64,000 nt of DNA from Macrostomum lignano (taxonomy: Eukaryota): contig NIVC01000172.1 in NCBI GenBank assembly GCA_002269645.1, positions 396,558 through 460,557 on the forward strand, read 5' to 3'. A program made the translations under genes and the position numbers. This document shows, piece by piece, positions 47,280-59,834 of the stretch. Numbering within the stretch: the first letter of the stretch is position 1; every line of letters starts with the position of its first letter. The notes beneath the pieces are model-generated. The model worked only from the letters and a program-made list of their open reading frames with translations. It was not told the DNA's origin and did no database searches.

Positions 47280-49646
47280 GGTTTCCATGCATTTCGGTGC
47301 CCGTGCTTTTCGGTGCCCGGCATTTCAGTGCCCCAGATTGCTTTTCAGTGCCTCAATTTATGACGCCGAAATGATGATAATAAAAAAGAAATCCAATAAA
47401 TGTTCAAAACGTTCGATATTCCTAATAAAAGCAGTGTTCATTTTGTTAAGCTGGCACGCTTCTTAAATTTAGAAAAATCTGGTCAATTTAATTGCATGCA
47501 ATTGCTGTACAGTATGTAATCATAATCATGTAATATACAATACAATCTGGCGGCACTCAGCAAGCGTGCCAGTGCTATGAAGACTTAGTTAGGTAAATTT
47601 GAAATCCATTAACGATGCTACATGTTAGGGGGCGACCCAGTCCCGGGCCCGGGCCCGAAAAGTCGGGAATCCCGACCAAAATCGTGGCCCGACCCGGGCC
47701 CGGGCCCGACCCTAAAAAAGTCGGGAAATCGGGACAAGTCTTTTTTCCCTAAAGGCACTAACCGCGTGCGAATAAGAATAAAATTATTTTTATTCACAGC
47801 ACAGCACAACACTCAGTTAAGCATCGCATCAGCACTCAAGACTCAAGCACTGCACGACTGCAGTAATAGTAATAGATGATATGATGTGAAGTAGCAATAT
47901 CATTGATTTGTAGTATGCTCTTAGCGTGAGCGTCTGTGACTGTGACCGTGAGCGTCAGCCACAGCCAGTTTCCACTTTCCAGGAAGATCGGATTTTTTCC
48001 AGGAAGATAAAATTAAAACATAGTTTTGCAATACTTTTTTGCAATATTGATTCCACTTTACACGCTGCAGGCTGCAGCCTAAAAGCAAAAATATGATTCT
48101 TAAAAAAGTTGATTTGTCAATTTTAAGCTTTTGTAAATAACATTTCCTATTTACATTCCAAGAAGTACCTATTAAGGGCCAAGGCTACCATTTTTCCAAG
48201 AAGTTTGCTATCTGTCAGAGTTTGTAATCGTGTTCATATTTGTATTGTATTCGTAGGTAGTTGTAGTCGTAGACTCATAGTATCATATTCGTAATCATAT
48301 TCGTTTAGGTAGGTAGGTGAGCAGGTAGGCAGGTATCAGCTAATTACTTGTATTTCCATTGTCTGTTTGCCTGTTCTGTTGAGACAGTTGAGTGTTGTGT
48401 TGTGTTGTCACTTCACTTGTGTTCTGTTCTGTTGTCTTGTCTTGTTGTCTTATTGAATACTGACTGTGTACATGGCTCTTTACATTGAAGCTATGTAAAG
48501 GAACTAAAAATTCAAATAAAAGAATCAATCAATTGATTTGGTTCTTACTTCCTTATTGCTTCCAATGCCAAGTGCCTTACACTTAATGCTTCAGCTTTTC
48601 TTCTTTTTGCTTACTGCCACTGCCAGTGCCAGCCGCACTACCGCAGTGCCTGCTTGCCTACCTCACTGCCTATTAGTGTCACTGTCACTGGCACACACAC
48701 AGTACTTGTGCCACTCAGTGACATTGAATTTGAACTATTGGGTATATTGATATTTGAGTATTAAGTCTTTTAATGTAACTCTTATCTATTCTGAAGTCTT
48801 AACTAATGTATTAAATAAAAATAATATTTATTATAGTATATATTTAATATATATTTAATTTAATATATTATATTTATTATATTTATATATTATTATATAT
48901 TCAATATATTTATATATTATAATATATTTAATGTTTATCATATATTTATTATACATTTAATATATTATATTAGATTTAATATATCTATATATTTATTATA
49001 TATTTAATAGTAATCCGCATATGCTAAAAGTATTAAGATTTATTATGATTTTTTTTCCAATTATTGAGCTGTCCTAAAGATCTTGTCCCGAATTCCCGAG
49101 GCCCGACCCGGGCCCGAGTCCTCATTCCCGGGCCCGACCCGGGCCCGACTTTGGCTGTCCCGGTCGCCCCCTACTACATGTAGTTTTGATCAAAATTATG
49201 AAATGTGACAAGTCTACATGTATTTTAGTTAGTATTGATTTTTTGAATCACACGCGACCGACGATCATGTTTTGTTTCATAAAACTGCCTAGGAAATGAA
49301 GTGTGTATTATTTGATGAGCTGAAATGATTAGACCATAATCTATAAGATTTTATTATAAGCGCATTTGGGGCATTAGTTTAAAATTTTGATGTGGATGAG
49401 AAGCGAGTAATTTCGAAAACCATTTTTTTGAATTAAAACACCAGGTCAGCTTAACAAAATGAATAATACCTTGTTTTTTAAAGTAAGTAAGTACTGCAAA
49501 GACAAAGCACTCACTGCTAAATTATAAGGGCTCAATTTCTATATTCTTGTGTCCAATTCCAATGTATAATTTGGGCACCGAAAAGCAAGCTGGGGCACCG
49601 AAATGCCGGGCACCAAAAAGCACAGGCACCGAAAAGCGTGGATACC
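47280..49646. mobile_element. TIR element with GG termini and 8-bp TSD (Merlin-like?)
   Basis: ~85-bp imperfect TIRs with ttcggtgccc subrepeats. TSD gaaaaaag on both sides. Confidence 0.75.
47626..49173. mobile_element. hAT MITE nested in 47280-49646
   Basis: TIR tagggggcgacc / ggtcgcccccta, perfect TSD ctacatgt, cccgggcccg subterminal repeats. Confidence 0.92.
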
Positions 49647-50115
49647 GAAAAAAGACAGGATTTTGCAACTCCTAGTGTAGGATATATAGGCCTACTATAT
49701 GATCTGGAGTATAGCCTTTTTGCTATGTACATAACTTGTTATATGTGATATAAAACATTTTTTTAAATCTGTATGCATTGCAGATTGCTTTAAATAAAAT
49801 ATATAAACACTAAGAAAAGAATCATAATAATTTAACCAGGGTTTTTTTTGTGCGCAGAGTGTGCGTATGCACCCTAAATTTTAAAATCGCACCCTGAAAT
49901 TAAAAAAGTAGGTGCGGTTTAGGTGCGGTCTTATAACCATTTTTCTTTAAAGGCTTAACCATGCTTAAGCTATTTTTTATGCACTGCCTTAAATTTTAAA
50001 ATATGAAACAAAATAACTCTTTAAATCCTATTAAGTCATATAGGCGATATAGCCTATAGCTATAGCCTTATGTAAGATATTAAAATATACATTCCCAGTT
50101 GTCTGAAATGTGAGC

Positions 50116-52601
50116 AATGTGAGGGTTTCACGAGAGATATTCAGACAAAGGCTCCCTGAAACGCGCCCCGCACCGGGCCCCGAACTGCTACACATTATAA
50201 CATTTTTTGTCAATGCAGTATTTGATTGCAAGGAAAAGTTAAAATAGTAATGGAATAAATATCTTTATTTTTTTTTTAAATATTATTTTTTATATTCTCA
50301 TTTTCATTATTAAATTATAATATTATTATTTTATTAATATTATTATTAATATCACTTATTGTTCACCGAATTTTATATTTCAAAGTAAAAAAAAACTAAA
50401 TTTAATAAAAACTTGAAGCTTAACAGAAAACGCATTCTGAAGTGTCTTTAGTTATAGTCCAATTTGTTTTAATGTGTAGCGCTGCAGGGCGGTGCAGGGC
50501 GTGTTTTAGGGAGACCCATTCAGACAGACATTCAAAATGATTGTCTGTAACTTCAAACAAAATTCACCCGCTTCAACCATCTTTTTGGCAAATACTTACG
50601 CAAGTGTTGGGCATTAAATAAGCTTTAATTTATTAACTGAAGTAAAAATCCTTCTGACATACATTGATTTAAAAATTGCTTAGCAACACTAGCTCTGATT
50701 AGAAATCGCTTTACTGTTGACTAAAATTGTTTTGATCGTAGCAGCCTAAAAGCAGATACTGGATTTAAAAATGCTTCGATTTACTCTATACGCATGTCTC
50801 AGCTTTAAAATGACACCTCAGGCATCGCAAAAGACAGCTTTGATGCTGAGATATTCGACACTAAACATGCATTGCTTTGCGCAATCTCACATTCAGAAAT
50901 TTCACTGATTTTTTGTCGATATTTGTGCAGTTGCCATGTCCTTGTTTTTCATCAGAATCTTGTCAAATTCTAGTCATGTCTATACGCATGTCTCAGCTTT
51001 AAAATGACACCTCAGGCATTGCAAAAGACAGCTTTGATGCTGAGATATTCGACACTAAACATTGCTTTGCTCAAACTCACATTCGGAAACTTCACTGATT
51101 TTTATTCAATATTTGTTCAGATGCTTGTCTACTTCTCCATTTATTAACCATCGCATGGAGCCTTGCTAACGTACAAGTGTATGTAGTTACAGTAAATGGG
51201 GTTTTTGTGACTCACTTAAACTTGTTTACGCATTCTACAGCTATTCGCCGCCTTTCATTGGAGTGATTCATGGAGTCCAGTTGATAAATTTCCACAAATT
51301 GGACTGCTTCTACGTCAGATCTCAACATTTGGAACCGTCCTTGAACTATTTCAGAGTTAAGTGAGCTAATGGCATCAAATGGAAGGCTAGTGCTTGTACT
51401 TGTAAGCGAAGCAGGTTCACAATTGAAATGGTTGTATTCATGGCCATGGGATCTAAACTGATCTGTTTTACTTTCACGATCGCTTTGGTCTCAGAAGGAG
51501 CAGCAGTTGATGGACTGAGGTGAGAAGAAGATGTGTCACGACTTGAGCTGTTTTTAGAAAATATCTTTATCCAATTAAATATTTTCATGCGGCTCCTTAG
51601 GTTGTTCCGAATTCCGAGTCTAGAAGTCAAGACAGAAAAAAAGTTAAGAACTGCTACTGTAGTCCGTAGGGATTGGAAAGCTTAGCAGTACATTAGAAAT
51701 CGCCTGTTCAATCTAAAAAGTTTGAAGTACATATAGCTATTGGGTTGCAACAACAGTAGAAAAAATTCTTCCTTTTTATTTTATTCCCACCGCTTACATC
51801 ATTCCGATTTGGATAGCAGAATTGCCACGCAAAAAAAGTAAAAACATAACAATAAACTATTTGCTTCATATTAATTGCCACTGACTGTTAATAAACGCGA
51901 CGTCAATTTCTCTCAATAACAGTTGGAACATGTTTCTTGTACACTCGTATATTTATTTGAACCGCAAAGCGGTGAAAAAGTCATGATTGGTTGCCATATG
52001 TACAAATGTACACTCACAGACTCACTGACTCAGGTACAATCTATGCAATATAAAGGCAGGAATCATTAAAAATCAAATACTTAAGACAGTTTAAGAGAAG
52101 TCCAGGTTTAAACTGGACATGACTAGAATTTGACAAGATTCTGATGAAAAACAAGGACACGGCAGCTGCACAAATATTGACAAAAAATCAGTGAAATCTC
52201 TGAATGTGAGATTGCGCAAAGCAATGCATGTTTAGTGTCGAATATCTCAGCATCAAAGCTGTCTTTTGCGATGCCTGAGGTGTCATTTTAAAGCTGAGAC
52301 ATGCGTATAGAGTAAATCGAAGCATTTTTAAATCCAGTATCTGCTTTTAGGCTGCTACGATCAAAACAATTTTAGTCAATAGTAAAGCGATTTCTAATCA
52401 GAGCTAGTGTTGCTAAGCAATTTTTAAATCAATGTATGTCAGAAGGATTTTTACTTCAGTTAATAAATTAAAGCTTATTTGACGCCCAACACTTGCGTAA
52501 GTATTTGCCAAAAAGATGGTTGAAGCGGGTCAATTTTGTTTAAAGTTACAGACGATCGTTTCGAATGTCTGTCTGAATATCTCTCGTGAAACCCTCACAT
52601 T
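50116..52601. mobile_element. Foldback-like element with ~486-bp inverted arms
   Basis: Left arm 50116-50147 plus 50527-50980 is the reverse complement of 52116-52601. Confidence 0.85.
50148..50517. mobile_element. Mutator-like MITE inserted in the left arm
   Basis: 9-bp TSD attcagaca and ~45-bp imperfect TIRs. Confidence 0.7.
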
Positions 52602-53989
52602 CTAAACAAGACTCAAGAGAAATTGCACTCTGAGCCTTAAAATCGCACCTTGAAATTTGGCACAAGGTGCGATTTCGCACCTTATCTCTGGCGAAAAAAA
52701 AACCCAGAATTTAACAAGGCATCTAGATTCTACTAACTAAAGCTAAGTCCAGAGTCCTATACTAGGCCCCTATATAGGCCCTACCCCTACTAAGTTTGAT
52801 AGGGCCTGTGTTTTTACTTTTTAATGCTTGATAGGCCTACAAAATGTAACCTATTACTTTAATAAGATGTCAATTTTTACACTTAGTGGAGCCTTTATGA
52901 ATCTATTTTATTAGAAATTAAAAAACATTTGGTATTGGGGGTCTAAAATCTGGATGTCAAATCCAAAATTTAAAAGGCCAATGATATCAACTATAATAAA
53001 GCCATTTAAAAATAAAAGACAGAAATGAAAGGCATAGAAATGACATAGCCATAAATAACGCCAATATCTTTAAGTTGTTATTATGAATAGGCCTACCGAA
53101 TAAATTATTATTATTGAAATCGGTTTCGCTATTGTTGAGTTTCAAATGAGTATTGACATTTCTATGAACGTTTTCTGGTTATAACAACTCTTCGGCATTG
53201 AATGGGAAGGATCCACTTATTAAGTTCCTCGGACTTTGAAAGAGTTTATTAGTTAGCTGAGAAATCTAATTTGATAAATCATCTTAAAATATCTGCAAGC
53301 GGGGATGACAACCTGCCGACCTGGTTAGTTTGATTTGAATTTCCCGTCTAAGTATTCTTAAACTATGATTACGAAGTTTTAATGCTTTTACTATTACTGC
53401 GAGTAGTCATCACTGACGCCAACTCTTTTTACTCATTGTCTGAAAAATATTGTTTTCCAAAAAGTAAACATAGGCTTTTTATACACAGCAAGAACTCTTG
53501 TGCGTGTGTGTATACCAAGGACAACGTAAGTACTTAAGTCGTCCTTCGTGTATACGCTGAGCGGTGAGCGCTTTCAATTGTTCATGGTTTCGGATTATCT
53601 ATGACTTGACAGGTTAACACAAAGACAATTAATTGAATTTATTGAATTTATTAAAATTTAAAATGTTAATATTAATGTTAATACAAGGGGCCTGTCAACT
53701 TAAGGCTAAATTGGAGCTCGTGCAACCTATGTACCCAGTCCCAAATAATACGTCATTCTACTCACCATGACGCCAGGAAACTGGGCTTGGCAAAAAACGC
53801 GATGAAAATTGGACTTGGGATAGGAGAGAACAAGCAATTGGCCGTTCCGCTGAACCAATATCAGGCTAAGGGCTACTAGCGAATTAGGATGTGATGAAAC
53901 TCCTGCTTAGGAAGGCCAAATATTTTATTATACCTGCTGTTTTAATTCACTTTAATCTGACAATTTGAACAAAAGATTGTTGGGTCTTA

Positions 53990-54500
53990 ATCAATATGAT
54001 GTTTTGATACTCTAGCTGAGTATACATGTAACAACAACACAACAAAATACGCGGCCCCGCATGCAAAGTCACAGTTAGAGCGGGCGCGCCAAATGGCGCG
54101 CCGCTCAGAGCCTGGGAGCGAACGAAGTCCGCTCCGTTTGCAGTGTGGAGCAGCAGGACGTCCTGAACAGGTTGGGGGCAGTAGCCCTCGACCCGGATCA
54201 CGTGGGTTGCACGCCATTTGAAGTCGCCGCCGGTGCATGCAGGATGGTGGACGGGCGCTGCAGCTTGGCCCGATCGTGCAGGGCCTCGGTCCCGACGCTC
54301 TCCGCGTCAGCTCGAAAGGCCGTACGGAGCAGCCCTGAGTGCGCCGAGTCCAGCTGCCGCTCTAGCGTAGCCGTCAGCGTCCACGTCTCGGCGTTGTAGA
54401 GCAGGACGGTTTCGACCACCGCCTGCCACAGCCGAGCCCTCTGGCGGTCGGGCAGCGCTTCCGACTTGAGGACGGCTCGGCTCAAACGGAAGGCCGCCCA
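53990..54500 (-). mobile_element. RTE-like LINE 3' fragment
   Basis: RLWQAVVETVLLYNAETWTL; VIRVEGYCPQPV. Confidence 0.8.
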
Positions 54501-55749
54501 GGCAAGTCCTCTGTGTAATTATTCTTGACTTTGCTTCACTAATTAAGTCTCCACATTTTACCACCAGAATATACTGCTTTGGATTTATTCGCAGTGTACC
54601 TCGCTGTTTTTATTATTTATAAACCCTACGTCGCAAGTACTCTTCAAAGTTCTGCTGTAATATTTCTTAAAAAATTAAACAACTGGTTTACTGTGTACTG
54701 CAAATGATGGATAACTTGGCATGTCCGAGTTGTGGATCTACTCGTTCAGCAAAGCTGCAAATTTGGATCGGCACATGCTGATGAGCCGCTGCTCTCGGGC
54801 TGCGCAGTTGGAGGCAAGCGGCGATTCGCCATCTCAGTTCCGCAACGCCAGGGAGACGCGCAACTTCATTGCCACACCGCTGGAGGAGCATTGAAGGCAT
54901 TTCTCAACCCGAACCTCTTTCCCGAGATCTCTAGCCACCGTTGAACGAGTGACTTGGCTCAAGCGAGGCTACTTTGATCAGTTCTGCGACATGCTGCCTG
55001 AAACCTCACGCATGCGATTCCTCTGGAAGGAGAACAGAGCTTTTCTGTATCTGAAGAAGCTAAGGCAGGGTCTCAGCGCTTTAAATCTTTAGGCTTTGAC
55101 TTTAAAATTTCTAGCCAGCGAGCTTGCAAAGTTTTTTGTGAGTTGCTGCCGACCAATTCAAGCTGGATCCCTATCAGCCTCATCACATCGCAGCTGATCC
55201 GCCATCCGCCATGCTGAACTCCATTGTGAAAGATGAATTAATTGATCTTGGGTGTCTTTCACAATCTGCTGAGGGGGCGCAAGCTAGTGCTGCTGATTAG
55301 TGATCACACATACTTCTATGTGCCAAAGAGCACCAAAGCTCGAACGTAAAGAAGAAGATGGATGCTGGTAAATAGCAGTGGCCATATTATGTACAGCTCA
55401 CCATTCGCAGGTGCGATCTCCCCAACTCTTGGAGATGGCAACCTGACCGCGATGCAGCTCGATTGAGCCGGAGCTGACTTGCAGAGACTCTAGTTGCAAG
55501 TCGTGAGGATATTTGACAAGGATACAACAGGATACGACAGATGTCAATTTCGCTGACTTTCGTGCGGCGACAAAGTGGGGGCGATTATTTGCTTCTGTTT
55601 CCCAGCTCACCAGGTGATCCAGTGCTGAATGCCAACTTTGAGCACGTCGCAAACCTTTACCAATCAAGGGTCGGCCAATTTCTGGTAAGCTGACAGCAGC
55701 TGAGGCCAATAATAGCAGATGCGCAACCATGTTTCGCTACCTAGTCCAA

Positions 55750-56600
55750 TGCACATTTGCCGCAATCAAGCAGGACAAGTGCATTAACGAGAGGCACGAG
55801 CCATATCAGCCGTGTAGCTTCGCTTGGATGTGATCGTTGAGAATTCCATGGCCAAGTACAACCGCAGTCATCCGGGATTCCGATACAAGAAGCAGCTGCC
55901 ACCTTCATGGAAAGGTCAGTCAATGTTTGAATTCGGCAGGAACTTCGCCAGAAGAATTTATCTGTCAAATGAATTCGACGACAATGAGAGGCTCCGATTT
56001 AACTGCGATGTCACTCGCATTCCGACTCTGAATTCGCGCAAATGGATCGCAGCTAATGCACTTGATCCGACCAGCTCCAAACTTCCTCGCATCTGTGCCT
56101 TGAATCTGGAAGAGGTGTACGTACCAGTTTCAGCCTATACTCTTCAGCCAAGGTCGGCAGTAGAACTGCAGGCACGCGCCTCTCGGACATCGAGCTGTCC
56201 ATCACCGTCAGCCAGCGGCTCGGTCTGCAAACTGCTGCTTCTGGAGTGTGCGAGTGCCGCCAGCCACTCGATGCCCTGGGGGACCACGCCCTCACCTGTA
56301 AACGTGGCGTCGAGCGCTTCCGGTGACACGACGAGTTCAACTCGCGGCTCCGGGACATCCTGGGGGAGGCCAGCTTTTCATTGGTGCTCGAACCAGATGG
56401 TCTCGATGGCACCACGGTGGTAGCTTTCGAGCGCGGACGACTGTCGGCTTGGGACGCGACTATCACACACACCTGCGCCCCAACAAGTCACCTGCACGCT
56501 TTTCCGTCGTCCCCCGCGCAGCTGCCACCAGGCCGGCAAATCCTCCCGGTCGGGGTGGAGACTCTGCAGGGCGCCCTTGTCCCCCATGCTCTGGAGCTTG
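55750..56600 (+). mobile_element. Decayed restriction-endonuclease-type LINE (CRE/NeSL-like) C-terminus
   Basis: CECRQPLDALGDHALTC (CCHC knuckle), HDEFN, EPDG, WDAT. Confidence 0.7.
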
Positions 56601-59600
56601 TTATCGCTCTTGCGGCTCCCCTTATGAGCTTAACTTGACATAATATTCCCAATTATCCCCTGTTTGTTCTCCCCTATCCCAAGTCCAATTTTCGTCGCAC
56701 TTTTTTGCCAAACCCAGCTTCCTGGCGTCACTGTGAACGGAGTGACGTATCATTTGTGTACACAGGTTACTCGGGCTCCACTTTATGAGCTTGAGTTGAC
56801 ATAATATTCCTAATTATACCCTTGTTTATTTTCCACTTTAACATAAATTCTGGTAACTCTATTACTCATGTGATAAGGCCGGTTTACATTAAAGCTGGAA
56901 GCTCAACGGGTCAAATATTTCTCAAACCAGTTTACAGTTAGTTTATTCCCATTTTAAAATTGATGGGTTTCGACCTTTCAGGCCCCTTGTGAGGGAGCCT
57001 TCGGGCCTCAGGTCTCAGAAATAAATCAATTAGAGTCCTGGCCCCCCACTCCTGTCAGATGGTCAGCCCCATGGTAGCTTGATCGTGTGGCGAGCAGTCT
57101 AGGTCCTATAGCTAAGAGAGGGACAGCGAGATACAAGCAGGGAGAATTTTGAAGGTAGAAATTAGCTAATCCGCAGACTAAGCTAACTCGCTGCCATCAG
57201 CCCGTGCGTCCTGGCTCACCACACCGGGACTCTCGAAATCGGGCTTCCGACTAGAAGGGGCTTTGCACTTACCTGCCAACTAGTGTCTTTTTGCTGTCAA
57301 TCTCGAAGTCATAGCCGATGATAAGGGACACTGCTGGGACTAGATCGCATTGGCCATGCAGGTACAGAGGGGACTTGTGCAGGGGATTCTTGCAGTGGCG
57401 AGTCTATGGGGCAGCTACATGTACTATTACATTGCTAAATACGAAGATATGTACTTTTGGCCTTCAACGCGCCAACTAGCCTCTCATAGCGCTGATGATA
57501 GACTAACTCGAACTTCGGAGACCTCGCATGATTCGTTACCCGAGCCGCTTGGCTAACCTAGAGTGCACGAAGTACATCTCTGGCGCCGATTCTGCACTTC
57601 TGGCAGTTTTGCTCACTGGTTTGATAGATTGATCGACTGAAAGCTGCCTGGCCATTGGTCCACTGTGACCGGCGCCTACTAGCTTAGCTACTCATCTGAG
57701 CCATCGGCGAACAAAGAAATAAAACCGATAAAAATAACTGTTAGATTTAAACTTCTCCTTATATCTCTTCACACCTCAGATTGAATTGGAGTTTCAGACT
57801 ACTAGCAGTATTATTGAATGATTTCTGCCTCAGTAACAGCACTACTGAACAAAATGAGCAAAAGTGTGCGCCTAATTCAGCTACTGAAACAGGGGACAGA
57901 TAGGGGATCACCCAATCAAGCAAGTCTAGGTAGCCTCTCACCCAACCAATCAGAAACTCAACAGCCGGAGACCAGGTAATCCACAGTGACCGAATCGGCT
58001 TGATGCTCTGTGGCGGTAGACTCGGGATGGTGCTGTCACAGTCTTCGCTGATAGCTAGCAGGTGATGATCTTCGCTTGATGTTCGCTGCTGACGACCGGG
58101 GGACTCGTCCTTGATGATGATGGGGGAAGTCGCAATCCGGGGATCAAGAAACGACGGTCGCGCTCCGGGAACCAGAAGTTGCGTGCTGGGCCCGAGCCAA
58201 AGTTCCAAGCAAGTAGAACCCGGGTTAAGTCCGAGCGGGCCAAAAACTTCGGTTTAAATAGCCGCCAACTGGACCGCAGTTTGTTATAATGGAACACGTC
58301 GATTCTGATTGGCTGAGCCGTTTTGTTAAAATGAGCGCCGAATTTTCTGATTGGCTAAGCTTGTTGCTACCCAGAATCACGTGACCGAGAGATCCTATCA
58401 GTTCCCACAGGGTCGTAAAAAGATGACAGGTGCGGCCATAAATCACTCAAAATCGCAACAAAATGATTTATGACATTTCGCGTAGGATTGACAGAAATTA
58501 ATGAAAAAATATACATTAGAAAGCTCTTATTAAATAGAAAGTGAAGATAATGAAGAGAAATTGCTAATCGCTAATCCCAAAGTACTTTTAGGGGTAAAAC
58601 GCATAGCTGTCAAAGCTGTCACACGCTTGAGTGAATCCAAACAATAGGCACTGACCTCATAAATCTTGATGGCCTGTCAAAATGATGAGAAAAAAGCTAC
58701 CGCCCGCATCCTCTCAGACCATCTTGCGCCCGTCTCAACACTGAGTGAGGCGCAGGTGGCTGTCAGACCAGCTTCGAGAGCGATGATTTGTGACCCAAAA
58801 AGCAATGCCTATGTTATTATGACTACTAGTATGGCCAAACATTATATCTAGTATAGATTCTATGCCTATTCGCAGAAAAAGGATAAAAATGCCCACTGCC
58901 CATTGTTAGTAGGCTAGTAAGTTTCGAGCCCATGTGCTAGTGCGAGATTTGGGAAAAAGTGCGTCCTCATCAAAATTAAAATCTAAACCAGCCTTAAAGC
59001 ACTGGAGACCATGAAATGGTGCCCTTAATAATGTCGCGGCTCTGCAGTGAGTTTGACGCTCGATAATTTTCATACTCATGAACTATGGTTCAGAATAACG
59101 AATGACATGTAAAACTTGATTCATACAAATTATCTGACGTTACATATAAAGCAGCTGTATTGAGAAAAATTTTGTTTTTCTACGGTTCGTTGGAAATTCT
59201 TGTTAAAACTGGACTTTGATCCATTTTCTCATTTTAGGATAAAAATTTTTAAATTTCAATAACATAGAAATCTACCGAGTGCATGTCTGCATGTCTGCGT
59301 TGGTTGTTTGCTATTGCAGTACATATGCATGTTGCTACAATATAAATATATTTATGTCGCTTGGAGAATGAGAAAAGCATCATTCTATGCTGAGCTTGCA
59401 GAAAGCAGTCTCGTGAATGCTATAGGCAATGGTTGTATGTGTAAGACTACAGGTGGTTGTTTTTGTGTCAGTAATTTCTGACCATGACGCACATTATTCG
59501 TACCAAATTACTCGTACAAATTGTATTATCGGAGGTCTCGTGATTTCATCGACTTGAAGAGCTACAGCAGAAGGTCTAATTAAGTTTTTCTCGAGCGTTG

Positions 59601-59696
59601 TACCTACAGGCAGGCTAGCTCTGCTAATTGTGATGATTAGCTAAAGATAAGATAAGATCGATAAGCAAGTATTTTAGCCAGAAGAGAACCGCGCAG

Positions 59697-59703
59697 TATA
59701 AAA
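59697..59703 (+). promoter_or_regulatory. TATA box of GH1-B
   Basis: TATAAAA ~135 bp upstream of ATG 59835. Confidence 0.5.
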
Positions 59704-59834
59704 TCTCGGCTACTCGTCGGACCTCTGCGCCACTGAGAAGCTTATTCCAAGAGTTATAGATTGTTTTTCGCCTTGCGTCAGTTTTTCAACATCGTTAATT
59801 TGTGTGCAAGCACAGCGCTGCTCCCAACTCGAAA

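Larger units (their letters stand above)
45072..49674. mobile_element. Outer hAT-like non-autonomous element hosting nested insertions
   Basis: TIR taggggttgcaatcctg / caggattttgcaactccta. Flanks gtatggga / gtgtagga (6/8). Confidence 0.6.
49837..52707. mobile_element. hAT-like MITE hosting a long-TIR element
   Basis: TIR cagggtttttttt / aaaaaaaaacccag. Perfect 8-bp TSD aatttaac. Confidence 0.85.
53690..56815. repeat. Inverted pair of a ~160-bp dispersed repeat (53690-53850 and 56655-56815)
   Basis: tcccaagtccaattttc...ctggcgtca is present in opposite orientations. Confidence 0.6.

Noticed and set aside
56960-57035. Possible hammerhead ribozyme (minus strand CTGAAAGGTCGAAAC)
   Set aside because: The core deviates from CUGANGA and I could not build convincing stems. 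An Infernal search would settle it.
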